58,010 nucleotides of DNA, filler included, from Barthelona sp. PAP020 (GCA_040182905.1; 4 parts of 4 records of this genome joined end to end with filler, not necessarily neighbours in it); one strand, 5' to 3'. Positions 1 through 11,295 are shown, counted from the whole stretch's first letter. The notes: generated by a model from the sequence alone, not told the origin. Made by a program: numbers and translations.

Positions 1-396
1 CATTCTGGCTAATTCAACATCATATTCAATTTCATCCATTTTATCAATAATCAACTTACGTAACTCACATTCTTCTTCATGATATTTCATAAATTCACTC
101 AAACAAGCGGAAGAACAACACCAAATTCCACAATCTGAACATCTATCTCCCGTGTGTTCAAAATCGTCCGGTGAAAATTGTTCTTCAGCTCTACCTTTTA
201 AACAATGAGCACAAAAGAAGTCAATAGACCCACTTTTAAGAATTTTTGAAAAGAAAGTATCCCTCAATATGGAGGTGTCAAGAGGAATTTTCTCCTTTGC
301 ATAAATACCATACTTCAAGAACACATCTGATTCATCTAATTTGCTTTTTAATTCAACTTTTGTGTTTCTTAAAGATTCAACTTCAATCGTTTCCAT
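1..396 (-). CDS. SET and MYND domain (SMYD-like) protein, copy 1, N-terminal part (runs off the window start)
   Basis: The reverse strand reads METIEVESLRNTKVELK...CAHC...CSDCGIWCCSSAC...HEEEC (MYND zinc finger). Near-identical to 8672-9052. Not in the ORF track because it is truncated by the window edge. Confidence 0.85.
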   Translation of the reverse strand, partial: METIEVESLRNTKVELKSKLDESDVFLKYGIYAKEKIPLDTSILRDTFFSKILKSGSIDFFCAHCLKGRAEEQFSPDDFEHTGDRCSDCGIWCCSSACLSEFMKYHEEECELRKLIIDKMDEIEYDVELARM

Positions 397-505
397 TAAA
401 AAAAAAATCACAAAAAAATAAAAATGAAAAGAATTTACAAATTCAATTCCAATGGAACGCATTTAAACATCATCTAAAATTCATAAAAGTCAAAGTAAAT
501 ATAAA

Positions 506-1140
506 TTACAACAAACTACAAAATCCTTCATCCCGTTTGACTTCAGAAACTTCCTTTGTGCCTTCAGTAGTGAAATTAATAGCAGCTGCAATAGCTTCAT
601 CAAAAACATTCTTTACACCAATGCATTTTAAAGCGGAACATTCAACATAAGTTAAAGCTCCAATTTCCTTTGCCTTTTCATTACCTTCAGCCATTGAAAT
701 CACAAGATTTTGATCAGTTCTTAAATCAATTTTAGTTCCAACAAGAATTATAGGAGCATCTGGACAATTGTGCCTAACTTCAAGAGCCCATCTGGTTGTG
801 ACATTTTCATAACTATCTCTAGAATTAGTATCAAAACAAATAAGAACAACATGAGCATTCTTATAAGACAAAACTCTCAATCTGTCCAATGTTTCTTGTC
901 CCGCAGTATCCCACAATCTTAAACGATAAATAACTCCATCAACTTCAACTTTTGTAACATAATTATCAAAAATTGTTGCATCATATCTTTCTGGGAATTG
1001 ATTGTTGGCATACATGTGGAGAAGACACGTTTTTCCAACCTGACTCGTTAGTTTTCACAGAATTAAAACTTTCGTACCGCACCGTCACCAACTACAACTA
1101 ATTTCAATTGATTTGCAGTTTCAGAAGTATTATTTTGCAT
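506..1140 (-). CDS. Rho-family small GTPase, copy 1 (intron 1040-1077)
   Basis: The spliced ORF gives KLVVVGDGAVGKT, TIFDNY, LWDTAGQE, VGTKIDLR, YVECSA and C-terminal CaaL (CSLL). The 38-nt intron reads GTACGA...ACTAACGAGTCAG. Confidence 0.95.
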
Positions 1141-1209
1141 CTATTCGTTCAAAAAAAGGACCAAAAGTTTGTTTCATTCATCTCAATTTTTTTTTTTTAA
1201 CCAATTTTG

Positions 1210-1920
1210 ATGAGTGCTTCTGATTTATCTGATTCAGAAATCTTTTCTGACAATGAATCTCTGTCAGATGAAGCTATTGTTTCTGATGTTGAACTTGATA
1301 CACAAGAGTTGCCAGTTGCCAAAGAACATAAGATTATTAATAGTGAAGCTGATGGGCCCACTGTTGTATACATTGGACATTTACCCCATGGTTTTTATGA
1401 ATTGCAATTAAAAGAATATTTTGAACAATTTGGTCATGTCAAAAATGTTAGGGTTTCAAGAAACAAACAAACAGGAAGATCTAAACATTATGCTTTTGTT
1501 GAATTTGATCACCCTGAAGTTGCAGCTATTGTCCAAGAAACAATGGATGGTTATTTTATTCACAGACGTTTATTACAATGTAGATTAGTTGATCCCAAAG
1601 ATGTTCATCCTTCTATGTTTATCAACAATAATCACATTTATAAACCAGCAAATCACAATCAAAAATATAGCGAAGTTCACAACAGACAAAGAACTCAAAC
1701 TGAACGAAAGAAAAGAGTGCAAAAAATGCTTGAAAGAGAAAGAAAACGTCAAGAGTTAATAGAAGCTAGTGGTATCAATTATACTTTTGAAAATGGAATT
1801 TCTAAATTAGTTAACAGTAGTAAGAAAGAAAATAATAAAAAATCAAAAAAAGTAGAAGTTGAAAAATTGAAAAAACCTGATTCAAAAAATGGAAAAAAGA
1901 AACTCAGAACAAGGCGGTAA
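1210..1920 (+). CDS. NIFK: Nucleolar RRM protein, Nop15/NIFK family, copy 1
   Basis: VVYIGHLPHGFYE...YFEQFG...RVSRNKQTGRSKHYAFVEF...VQETMDGY is the characteristic Nop15/NIFK RRM. Acidic N-terminus, basic C-terminus. Confidence 0.92.
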   Translation: MSASDLSDSEIFSDNESLSDEAIVSDVELDTQELPVAKEHKIINSEADGPTVVYIGHLPHGFYELQLKEYFEQFGHVKNVRVSRNKQTGRSKHYAFVEFDHPEVAAIVQETMDGYFIHRRLLQCRLVDPKDVHPSMFINNNHIYKPANHNQKYSEVHNRQRTQTERKKRVQKMLERERKRQELIEASGINYTFENGISKLVNSSKKENNKKSKKVEVEKLKKPDSKNGKKKLRTRR

Positions 1921-2119
1921 TAAATTAATAAATAAATAGATTTATTCATTTATCCATTTTATAAGAATTCATATAAATTTCAAACAAAAATAATTTTTTT
2001 GTTTCCTCCAATCGGAAGATATTAAAGCTCTCTCATTTTCAATTATTTATCGTTTAATTAATTTTAATAAATCTTGAAGAAAATCGATGCCATTTATTTT
2101 TTATTTATTTTGACACTAC

Positions 2120-2729
2120 ATGTTAACCAATACGTATATTGAAGAACCAAATAATGAATCGGATTCAGAATTGGACTCAGAATTAGAGGATTTATTAAGA
2201 GATGACAATGATGATGATATGTGGATTGCTTTGAAGCAGCAACGTCTTTCAATGATCAAAGCACAGTAATATTTCACATTTTATATATTTCTAATGTTAT
2301 AGGAGGGATTTTTTAAATCAATTTACAAGTAAAGGACATGGCCAATATCTTACAATCGATCAAGACGGATTTTTACCAGCTGTAACAGATTCAAAGTATT
2401 GTGTTGTTCATTTTTATGAACCAGAATTTGAGCGTTGTGCCATTATGGACAAACATTTAGGAATATTGGCCGAAAAATGGTTTTGTACAAAATTTTGCAG
2501 AATTCATGCATCTGCAGCCCCATTTTTTGTGGCTAAAATGCAAATTCGAGTTTTACCTTGTATATGTATGTTTGTTGACGGTATCACCAATGAGCGTCTT
2601 GTTGGTTTTGAAGAATTAGGAAATAGAGATGATTTTCCAACAAATTGGTTGGAAGCTAGACTTGAAAATGCAGGTGTTTTGAAGGGTTTGGAGGAATTTC
2701 TTCCGGGGGGAAAGTTAATCCCTGAATAA
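2120..2729 (+). CDS. Phosducin-like thioredoxin-fold protein (TXNDC9/Plp1 type); intron 2266-2302
   Basis: The spliced ORF gives GHGQY...VVHFYEPEFERCAIMDKHL...APFFVAKMQIRVLPC...RLVGFEELGNRDDF. The 37-nt intron reads GTAATA...CTAATGTTATAG. Confidence 0.9.
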
Positions 2730-2971
2730 ATTTAAATTATTTTTTATTGTGCAAAATTAATTGGTTTATTTCTACCTCAAAATGAAAAATTTGACAGATG
2801 TGATGACAATTTGAATATATTCTTTTCTTTTATGGTTTTATTGAAATTAAATCAACTTAATCAATGTTTACCATTAAATAAGTAAAAAAATCAAATTGGA
2901 AATGGGTAAAATTAACAAAAAAAATGGGTCCCTAATTTTTTTTTTAAACATCACACATTTGTTATTGTAGA

Positions 2972-4730
2972 ATGTCCATAGAAAGGTCAGTTCATTCTTT
3001 GAGTAATTATGATAGACTTGTAGAGCTCAGAGAAAAGTTTATATCGTCTGAACATGGTGATGTGTCAAAAAATTTTACTGTTGTTGTGAGAGTCAGACCT
3101 CCACTTGAAAGAGAACTGAACAAAAATGAACCGTTTCAATGTGTTGTCCACACTGATTCGAATACAAATGCTGTTACGATAAGTCGAAATTTATTTGATG
3201 ATGAATTAACGCCTTCTCATGTATTTACTTTTGATAAAGTCTATGCACAAGATAGTTCTCAAACGGATGTATATGAAAATACCGCAAAAACTGCAGTTTT
3301 GTCCACAATGTGTGGTTATAACAGTACTGTTATTGCTTATGGACAAACTGGTACTGGAAAGACTTATACCATGGAAGGATTTAATAATTATCAACAACAG
3401 GGTATTATTCCCCGTTCTATTGAAGAGATTTTTAATATTATTACTGAAACACGAAATGACCGTGTTACATGGTTAATTCGTGCTTCATATTGTCAAATTT
3501 ACAACGATTCAATTAGTGACTTGTTGAAGCCTGATCGAACAAATCTCAGCATCCGTCATAATGATCGCCGTGGGATTATGGTTGATGGCCTGTCAGAATG
3601 GGTTGTAAAAACTCCAGAAGAAATTTATTCCTTGATGAGAAAGGGTGCTAATAGGCGTACAACGGGAGAGACCATTATGAATGATTTTTCATCACGTTCT
3701 CATGCTATATTTATGATTGTTGTTGAACAAAGCGAGAAGATTGATTCTTCAAAGGAAGAAACAATTCGTAGGGAAAATGAAATGAACTTGGCGAATCAAA
3801 GTCATACACCTTCTCAACATCGAAGACAGTTGGTTTCAGTCACTAACGAAGGTGGAGATAAACATTCAATACGTATAGGTAAGTTAAATTTGGTTGATCT
3901 AGCTGGTTCGGAACGTGTTAGAGCCACAGGAGCAGATGGTGTTCGTATGCAAGAATCCAAGTCAATCAATACTTCTTTGATGACTTTAGGCAAGGTAATC
4001 GTAGCACTGATCAATCCCGATGCCAACTACATTCCATATCGAGACTCAAAATTAACTCGAGTTCTTCAAGATTCATTGGGTGGTAACTGTAAGACAACTA
4101 TGATGGCTATGATCTCACCTGCTGCTGAAGCATTCTTTGAAAGTTTATCAACTTTAAGATTCGCTAACCGTGCAAAGAATATTAAAAATAAGGCAACTGT
4201 TAATGAAGATCTTGATCAGGCTGGTTTGATACGCAAATACGAGAAGGAATTGAAAAGACTTAGATCTCTGTTAAAAGAGGATAAAAATCATGCTGCAGGT
4301 GTGAGTCATACTTATGAATCTTCTGAGAATGTCACACATTTAGAAGAACAGAGACGTAGAGCGGAAGCTGATAAGTTAGCAGCCCTTGAAGCTCTTGAAC
4401 AAAGATCTCGTGATTTCCTTGTTGAAAAACAAGCAAAAAGAAAATTAGAAGAAAAGATAGCTATGATGCAGTCCCAATTACTTTGTGGTGAACATGTTAG
4501 AAATACAACCAGTTTCAGAATGGCTTTGAAAGAGGAACGTTCCAGAATGCAACAAGAGTTCGACACAAAATTTNNNNNNNNNNNNNNNNNNNNNNNNNNN
4601 NNNNNNNNNNNNNNNNNNNNNNNNNNNNNNNNNNNNNNNNNNNNNNNNNNNNNNNNNNNNNNNNNNNNNNNNNGGTTATTATGGTAACCAAGAAGAATGC
4701 ATTAATGATCTCATTATGCGTATGAACTAG
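2972..4730 (+). CDS. Kinesin motor protein, probably kinesin-16 (cilium-associated) type; interrupted by N gap 4574-4673
   Basis: Motifs VVVRVRP, AYGQTGTGKT, NDFSSRSH, LVDLAGSE and IPYRDSKLT, plus coiled stalk AEADKLAALEALEQRS. A short open frame after the gap ends at TAG 4728-4730 (assumed C-terminus). Subfamily is an inference. Confidence 0.88.
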
Positions 4731-4800
4731 TTGTTTTCACATAAACGGTATTGTCCTTCTTATTTTTTTATTGTTGATAAAAAAGAAAGTTTTTTGTTTA

Positions 4801-5871
4801 TCAATTTGAAGAATATTGAGGGTCATCACGAACAGGATCAAAGAAGGAATGATTCATAGCCTCTTGAGCAGTTGGACGATCTTGTTGATCAAACCTCAAA
4901 AGTTGGTCAATAAGATCAATTGCTTCGGGTGTCACATTGTGTTGATTGTCTGGACCAATGAAACTCTCCCAAGATTTTCTTTCATGTACACCAATAGTTC
5001 TACGAATATTAAAATCAAGACTGATGGAATATTTATCAAGATATTCATTAAAAGCGTCAGTTCCTAAAACACGAACTATTTTTAATAATTGGTCTGGATT
5101 ACTTCTTCCTCTGAAAAAAGGCTCTTTGGAAAAAACTAATCCAGCCATAACACAACCAAAAGACCAAAGATCTAGTGAATAATCATAATATGCTTGTTGA
5201 GGATAAACAAGTAATTCAGGAGGTTTGAAAAATCTGGAAGCAACTCTTACATTATATTTGAGATTGGGGTGATAAAATTCTGCTAATCCAAAATCTAATA
5301 ATTTTAGTTCTCTTTCAGCAGGATTTATGATCAAATTATGTGGTTTGACATCTCTGTGCATGATGCCTTTGGAATGACAAAAATTTAAAGCTCTCAATAA
5401 CTGAAATAAGTAATGTCTCATATCAGTATCTGTTAATTCAGGCCATAATTGACGATATGGTACAGTATCCATAGTATCAAAAATTAATGCAGGAACTCGA
5501 CTTTGTGGATCACGAACAACATCAAGCAGTGATATAATATTGGGCCCCCCACGTAAATTTTCCAAAATTTTAATTTCGCGTTTAATTTTTTTCTTTTTAA
5601 CTGGTTTTAGTATTTTAATTACAACCTTTTCGTCTTTTTCAGCATCCCAACCATCAAATACATCCGAATATTTACCTCTACCAATCTTTCGGGTTATTTC
5701 ATAACGATCTTGATTTCTAAAAAGTTAGTTGATATTCATGATTATAAATAAATACCCCCATGTCAATTGGCAATTCTCATAATCCCAATAGCTTTCAGGC
5801 ATGTTTTCATTTACGTCCGCAAATACTCTAGCTTTCGATCTTAACACCTTGTCATTCGTTTTTGGTGGCAT
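4801..5871 (-). CDS. CK2A: Casein kinase II catalytic subunit alpha; intron 5717-5755
   Basis: [73 protein letters not shown]. The 39-nt intron ends ACTAACTTTTTAG. Confidence 0.97.
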
Positions 5872-6207
5872 ATCTGTTGAAATACTTTTTGGTTAGATTA
5901 TTTTGGGACAAAAGGAAATTACTTGTAACAAACGGAAAAAAGTGTTAATATCAAAATAAAGCCAAATTTCACATTCATCCTTTCAATAGTTGTATCCAGT
6001 TAAATAAATAACTTCTATTTGAATTTTATATTAATTTGAAATTACAACATCATTCAAATCAAATCACTTCAAAAAGCTCCATATTGATTTTTGGTTTCAA
6101 AAAATCAAGCCAATCAATTAGATATTTTATAAGTTAATAAAATGAATTAATATTTGAAGAAAATAAGCATGAAATGAAGATCAAAAAAAAGTGAATTTAT
6201 TCTTTTT

Positions 6208-6879
6208 ATGGACCTTTCAATTGATATACCCACAGAATTTGAAAAGGTTAAAGCGAAATTGAAACTAATAGAACGATCAATTGAAAATGAATTGAATAGC
6301 AGAATTTTGGAATTTGAAAAAGAAAAAGAAGCCTTACATGAACAATTATCTGATGCTAATATCGAATTGCAAACTTTAGAATTGGAAAAAGCAACGTTAA
6401 TTAATGATGTTGAGACTATCAAGAATAAAAAAGTGGAATATAAAAAAATATTGAATACTGTTGAAAATAATGTCAATCAATTGCAACAGCAAGAACAAGA
6501 ATTATTGCCAAACATTCAAAATTTAGAAAAAGAATTAAATGAATTGGAAATAAAAGTTTCAAAGGATTATTCTCTGCTTAATAAAGAAAGAAACTCTTTT
6601 ATTGAAGAAAAAAAAGATTTTAAACGAAAAATTGATTGTTTCGTTACAAATTTGGGCTTGTCAATCAATCATTCCAATTTTGGAATGATTATTGGATTTC
6701 ATGATTTAGGAAAGGAATGTTCATTTATACTTTCAGTTAATAAGGATGATCAATATGTTATTGTTGATGTTAATCCTTCGCTAGATGATAATGTTTTTAG
6801 AGAGGTTGTTGACGAATTAAATTTGACAAATAATTTTCCCCGTTTTTTGAGTAAAATGAGAGATTTATTGAAACATTAG
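6208..6879 (+). CDS. SPC25: Kinetochore Ndc80-complex subunit Spc25-like
   Basis: A long N-terminal coiled coil, then LGLSI...F..L....YVIVDVNPSL...VVDELNLTNNFPRFLSKMRDLLK, matching the Spc25 C-terminal RWD pattern. Confidence 0.75.
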   Translation: MDLSIDIPTEFEKVKAKLKLIERSIENELNSRILEFEKEKEALHEQLSDANIELQTLELEKATLINDVETIKNKKVEYKKILNTVENNVNQLQQQEQELLPNIQNLEKELNELEIKVSKDYSLLNKERNSFIEEKKDFKRKIDCFVTNLGLSINHSNFGMIIGFHDLGKECSFILSVNKDDQYVIVDVNPSLDDNVFREVVDELNLTNNFPRFLSKMRDLLKH

Positions 6880-7180
6880 ATTTGTTTGAAAAACAAGTGG
6901 TTGTAAATTATGTATTTTTCTTTTTTTGTTTAATTTGCATGAGGAACGTATTTTTTAATAATTTTTTGTTTTGCAATGTAAATTTGTTTGTTTAAAAACA
7001 CAAAATGAGAAATTTTCTGAAAATTAAATATTCTAAAAGTCTTGTCAAACCTTTTCAAAAATTGACACAAATCGTTTTTTCAAAAAAAATTCATGAATAT
7101 TCATAAGACTGTTAATCTTTTGATTCTTTGTAACAATAATTTGTCCATAAAAAAATAAATTGTCTGTTGTTTATGAAAAT

Positions 7181-7861
7181 CTACCGTACTGTTTTCAGTT
7201 TTTTTGTTCTCTTATTAGAACTTGCTTTTTTATTATTGTCTTTCTTACTACTATTGTTAACCAATCGTGAAATTCCATTCTCAAAATTATAATTGATCCC
7301 ACTGGCTTCTATTAAATCTTGACGTTTTCTTTCTCTTTCAATCATTTTTTGAACTCTTTTCTTTCTTTCTGTTTGTGTTCTTTGTCTGTTATGAACTTCG
7401 CTATATTTTTGATTGTGATTTGCTGGATTATAAATATGATTGTTGTTGATAAACATAGAAGGATGAACATCTTTAGGATCCACCAATCTGCATTGTAATA
7501 AACGTCTGTGAATAAAATAACCATCCATTGTTTCTTGAACAATGGCTGCAACTTCAGGATGATCAAATTCAACAAAAGCATAATGTTTAGATCTACCAGT
7601 TTGCTTGTTTCTTGAAACCCTAACATTTTTGACATGACCGAATTGTTCAAAATATTCCTTTAATTGCAATTCAAAAAAACCATGAGGCAAATGCCCAATG
7701 TAAACAACTGTAGGACCTTTAACTTCATTGTTAATGGTCTTGTGTTCTTTTGGAATTGGTAATTCTTTGGTGTCAAGTTCAATATCGGAAACAATTGATT
7801 CATCTGAGAAAGATTCATTGTCAGAAAACATTTCAGCATCTGATAACTCAGAACCACTCAT
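7181..7861 (-). CDS. NIFK: Nucleolar RRM protein, Nop15/NIFK family, copy 2
   Basis: The RRM is near-identical to copy 1. The start is set at ATG 7861 (MSGSELSD) by homology to copy 1. Confidence 0.92.
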   Translation of the reverse strand: MSGSELSDAEMFSDNESFSDESIVSDIELDTKELPIPKEHKTINNEVKGPTVVYIGHLPHGFFELQLKEYFEQFGHVKNVRVSRNKQTGRSKHYAFVEFDHPEVAAIVQETMDGYFIHRRLLQCRLVDPKDVHPSMFINNNHIYNPANHNQKYSEVHNRQRTQTERKKRVQKMIERERKRQDLIEASGINYNFENGISRLVNNSSKKDNNKKASSNKRTKKLKTVR

Positions 7862-7931
7862 CAGTTTAATAATAATAAAAAGAAAGGAAAAGAAAAAACC
7901 AAATTTTTCTTTTGTTCTTTTAAACAAATAT

Positions 7932-8567
7932 ATGCAAAATAACTCTTCTGAAACAGCAAATCAATTAAAATTGGTTGTAGTTGGTGATGGTGCGGTATGA
8001 AAGTTGTAATATATATGAAAACTAACAGCGTAGGTAGGAAAAACATGTCTTCTCCACATGTATGCCAACAATCAATTCCCAGAAAGATATGATGCTACAA
8101 TTTTTGATAATTATGTTACAAAAGTTGAAGTTGATGGAGTTATCTATCGTTTAAGATTGTGGGATACTGCAGGACAAGAAACATTGGACAGATTAAGAGT
8201 TTTGTCTTATAAGAATGCTCATGTTGTTCTTATTTGTTTTGATACTAATTCTAGAGATAGTTATGAAAATGTTGCAACCAGATGGGCCCTTGAAGTTAGG
8301 CACAATTGTCCAGATGCTCCTATAATTCTTGTTGGAACTAAAATTGATTTGAGAACTGATCAAAATCTTGTAATTTCAATGGCTGAAGGTAATGAAAAGG
8401 CAAAGGAAATTGGAGCTTTAACTTATGTTGAATGTTCAGCTTTAAAATGCATTGGTGTAAAGAATGTTTTTGATGAAGCTATTGCTGCTGCTATTAATTT
8501 CACCACTGAAGGTACAAAGGAAGTTTCTGAAGTCCAACGTGATGAAGGATTATGTAGTTTCTTGTAA
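7932..8567 (+). CDS. Rho-family small GTPase, copy 2 (intron 7995-8033)
   Basis: Same motifs as copy 1; ends CSFL. The 39-nt intron GTATGA...ACTAACAGCGTAG is at the identical position. Confidence 0.95.
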
Positions 8568-8671
8568 TTTATATTTACTTTGACTTTTATGAATTTTTAA
8601 TGATGTTTAAATATATGTTATTGGAATTAAATTTGTAAATTCTTTTCAATTTTATTTTTTATTATTTTTTA

Positions 8672-9856
8672 ATGGAAACGATTGAAGTTGAATCTTTGAA
8701 AAGCACAAAAGTTGAATTAAAAAGCAAGTTAGATGAATCAGATGTGTTCTTGAAGTATGGTATTTATGCAAAGGAGAAAATTCCTCTTGATACCTCCATA
8801 TTGAGGGATACTTTCTTTTCAAAAATTCTTAAAAGTGGGTCTATTGACTTCTTTTGTGCACATTGTTTAAAAGGTAGAGCTGAAGAACAATTTTCACCAG
8901 ACGATTTTGAACACACGGGAGATAGATGTTCAGATTGTGGAATCACTTGTTTGAGTGAATTTATGAAATATCATGAAGAAGAATGTGAGTTACGTAAGTT
9001 GATTATTGATAAAATGGATGAAATTGAATATGATGTTGAATTAGCCAGAATGATATCTAAATTATTGATTAAACAAGTACTTCAAGACCCTGGATTGGAG
9101 ACTTTTGAGTTATTGCCTTGGGATTATCGTTCTAAATTATCACCACAAACCATTGAAATGTATGAGGTTACTGTAAATGGAATGATTGCTTTGGGGACTT
9201 TTTTGCCTGATGGTCATAGATTTAAGCCATTTTTGAACACAGAGAATTTATGGAAACTACTATTGCGAATTAATCGTTATTCTGATAACCTTTGGGATTT
9301 AAATTTTACAAATCCCAATACAGCTGTTGCATTTATGAATTTACGAGGTTTAGTTCGTCATTCTTGTTATCCTAACTGTGAATGGATTCAGCTCAATAGC
9401 GAAGAATATTGTTTGAGACCTATTAGAGAAATTCAAGCAGGAGAAGAAATAACTTTATGTTTGATTCCACATATGTTGGCAAAATTTCAAAGAATTCAGT
9501 TGCTCCAAACACATATGAATTTGGATTCTTGTAGCTGTTGTCGTTGCAGTGATTTAGAGTGGATGAACCGAGATCGTGAACTTTCTGGCATTAAATGTCA
9601 AGCAGTTGGTTGCGGCGGAGTGTTCTATTTCGATAATGGTAATGTCTTGTGCAATAAATGTGGCAACACTGCATCTGTTGAATATATTACTGATGTGGCA
9701 CATCACATTCATGAATTGTTGGACAAAGCTCAACGTCTTTCTCAATCTTCTGAGTTTATGCAAACTCAAGGTCATGCTGCTGCTATGGAGCTAAAGGATT
9801 ACTTGGATGAAAAAGTTCATTCCAGACACAAATTTCATCAGAATGTTGACGATTTG
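8672..9856 (+). CDS. SET and MYND domain (SMYD-like) protein, copy 2; 3' end lost at the contig linker
   Basis: GIYAKEKIP (SET-N), MYND cysteines, RHSCYPNC, RPIREIQAGEEITLC, post-SET CSCCRC, and a further C-x-C...CNKCG zinc motif. Confidence 0.88.
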
Positions 9857-9956
9857 NNNNNNNNNNNNNNNNNNNNNNNNNNNNNNNNNNNNNNNNNNNN
9901 TTAATTAATTAANNNNNNNNNNNNNNNNNNNNNNNNNNNNNNNNNNNNNNNNNNNN
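9857..9956. other. Artificial contig-join linker (N44-TTAATTAATTAA-N44)
   Basis: An identical 100-nt construct recurs at 26845-26944 and 46898-46997. The 12-mer gives stops in all six frames. Confidence 0.95.
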
Positions 9957-10073
9957 TTTATTTGTTTTGGGAATTTTGTTTTATTTCCCCTTTTAAACAC
10001 CACATTAACAAAATAACTCTCTATATTATTATAAAAAAAAATTAACATCCAATTTTATTTTTCATTCTTTTTC

Positions 10074-11093
10074 ATGGATCAAAATCATTCATTGGTTCCT
10101 GATGAAATGAAACAGGAACGATTACGATTGACTCAACCATTGTATGAAGAGATTGCACAAAAAGTAAGACATTATATTAATTCTCCATTCTAATATCATT
10201 AGGATATCATAATAGCACAACTAAAATTACAAATTAACGAACTACGGGTGCAGTTAGCACAAACTCATCAATATTATCAATCAATTACTCAACAAATTGC
10301 ACAACAATCACAACATGCTCATGCGTCTCAAATATCACCTAGAACAACAAGATATTGGACAAATGAAGAACATACAAAGTTTTTAGAGGGAATTCAAAGA
10401 AACGGCAAAAGAAAAGTCAGAGAAATTTCTCGTCATGTTGGAACACGTACCACGGCACAGGTTCGCACTCATTTACAGAAATATCAAATGAGAATTGAAA
10501 GAGAAGCTGCAAGAGCAGAAGAGAAAAAAGCGAAAGCAAACGTTACTGAGGATTTTTCTTTAACTCGTGGTGAGTTATCTCTCTTACGTGATGCTATTAT
10601 TGTTTATAATATCAATGATGGTAACATTCAACAATATGCTGAACAAATTCATCAAGAGTTTTTGAAAGGAAGAACATTGAATGAAATTGTGGAAGCATAC
10701 CCAAAAGCTGTAAGCAGGCTACAAGATTTACAAGACGGTGATGATGAATATGGTAAATTAAATTCTCCCTCCATGTCACCAATGGGCATGGATATTTCTC
10801 CCTATAACTCTTCACCTTCAATGATTGGAATGACACCAACGTTATTTTCTCCGCCTGCTGTGGCAATTAGTCCCCAAATGTTGGCAATTAGTCCTCATTA
10901 TCAATATCCACCAATGTCCAATCAAACAAATATGGCTCTTTCACCCCAAAATCAATTAACACAATCACAAATACAAGGACAAGCTCAATTGCAAAATATG
11001 CAGTCCTTAAATATGAATATGGCTATTCCCCAAGAGTTTAATTCGAATGCATCAATACTTGCAAATTATCAAAACCAAATAATGAACGCTTAA
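10074..11093 (+). CDS. SHAQKYF-class single-repeat Myb transcription factor; intron 10164-10202
   Basis: RYWTNEEHTKFLEG...VGTRTTAQVRTHLQKY. The upstream exon MDQNHS... joins in frame via a 39-nt GTAAGA...CTAATATCATTAG intron. Q- and SP-rich C-terminus. Confidence 0.9.
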
Positions 11094-11243
11094 TTCAATA
11101 AATAGATCAATAAAGAACATAATTTTTATTTTATCTTGCACAATCTTGAATAAAAGAAAGAAAATTGAGATTCAAAATATTGAAAACCTTTATTCTCTTT
11201 TTTTTTAAACACGAAATTGTTTGTGTATGTGATATTCAGTTTC

Positions 11244-11295
11244 TTTTAGGATGAGTAACCACAGACCTGTTCTTAGGTCACTGACACCGGTGATT
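11244..11295 (+). ncRNA. Box C/D snoRNA, snR56/SNORD25-like (18S Gm guide); 3' end uncertain
   Basis: Box C AGGATGA 11248-54. CACAGACCTGTT 11260-71 is a 12-nt perfect complement of the conserved SSU sequence AACAGGUCUGUG. D'-like CTTA 11272-75; CTGA 11281-84. Confidence 0.75.

Larger units (their letters stand above)
1..1920 (-). repeat. Left arm of an inverted segmental duplication (SMYD 5' part + Rho + NIFK); partner is 7181-9052
   Basis: Direct comparison: position 1 corresponds to 9052, and homology runs to the NIFK stop codons (1920 vs 7181). Confidence 0.95.
7181..9052 (+). repeat. Right arm of the inverted segmental duplication (partner 1-1920)
   Basis: Reverse-complement match of NIFK, Rho and the SMYD 5' region, including the intergenic spacers. 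Confidence 0.95.

Noticed and set aside
246..650. 134-aa + strand ORF and the many other short ORFs overlapping real genes
   Set aside because: Antisense or alternate-frame shadows of well-supported CDSs, mostly with non-ATG starts.
9857..9956. TTAATTAATTAA palindrome inside N runs (also 26845-26944 and 46898-46997)
   Set aside because: An identical 100-nt construct three times with six-frame stops: an artificial scaffold linker, not biology.
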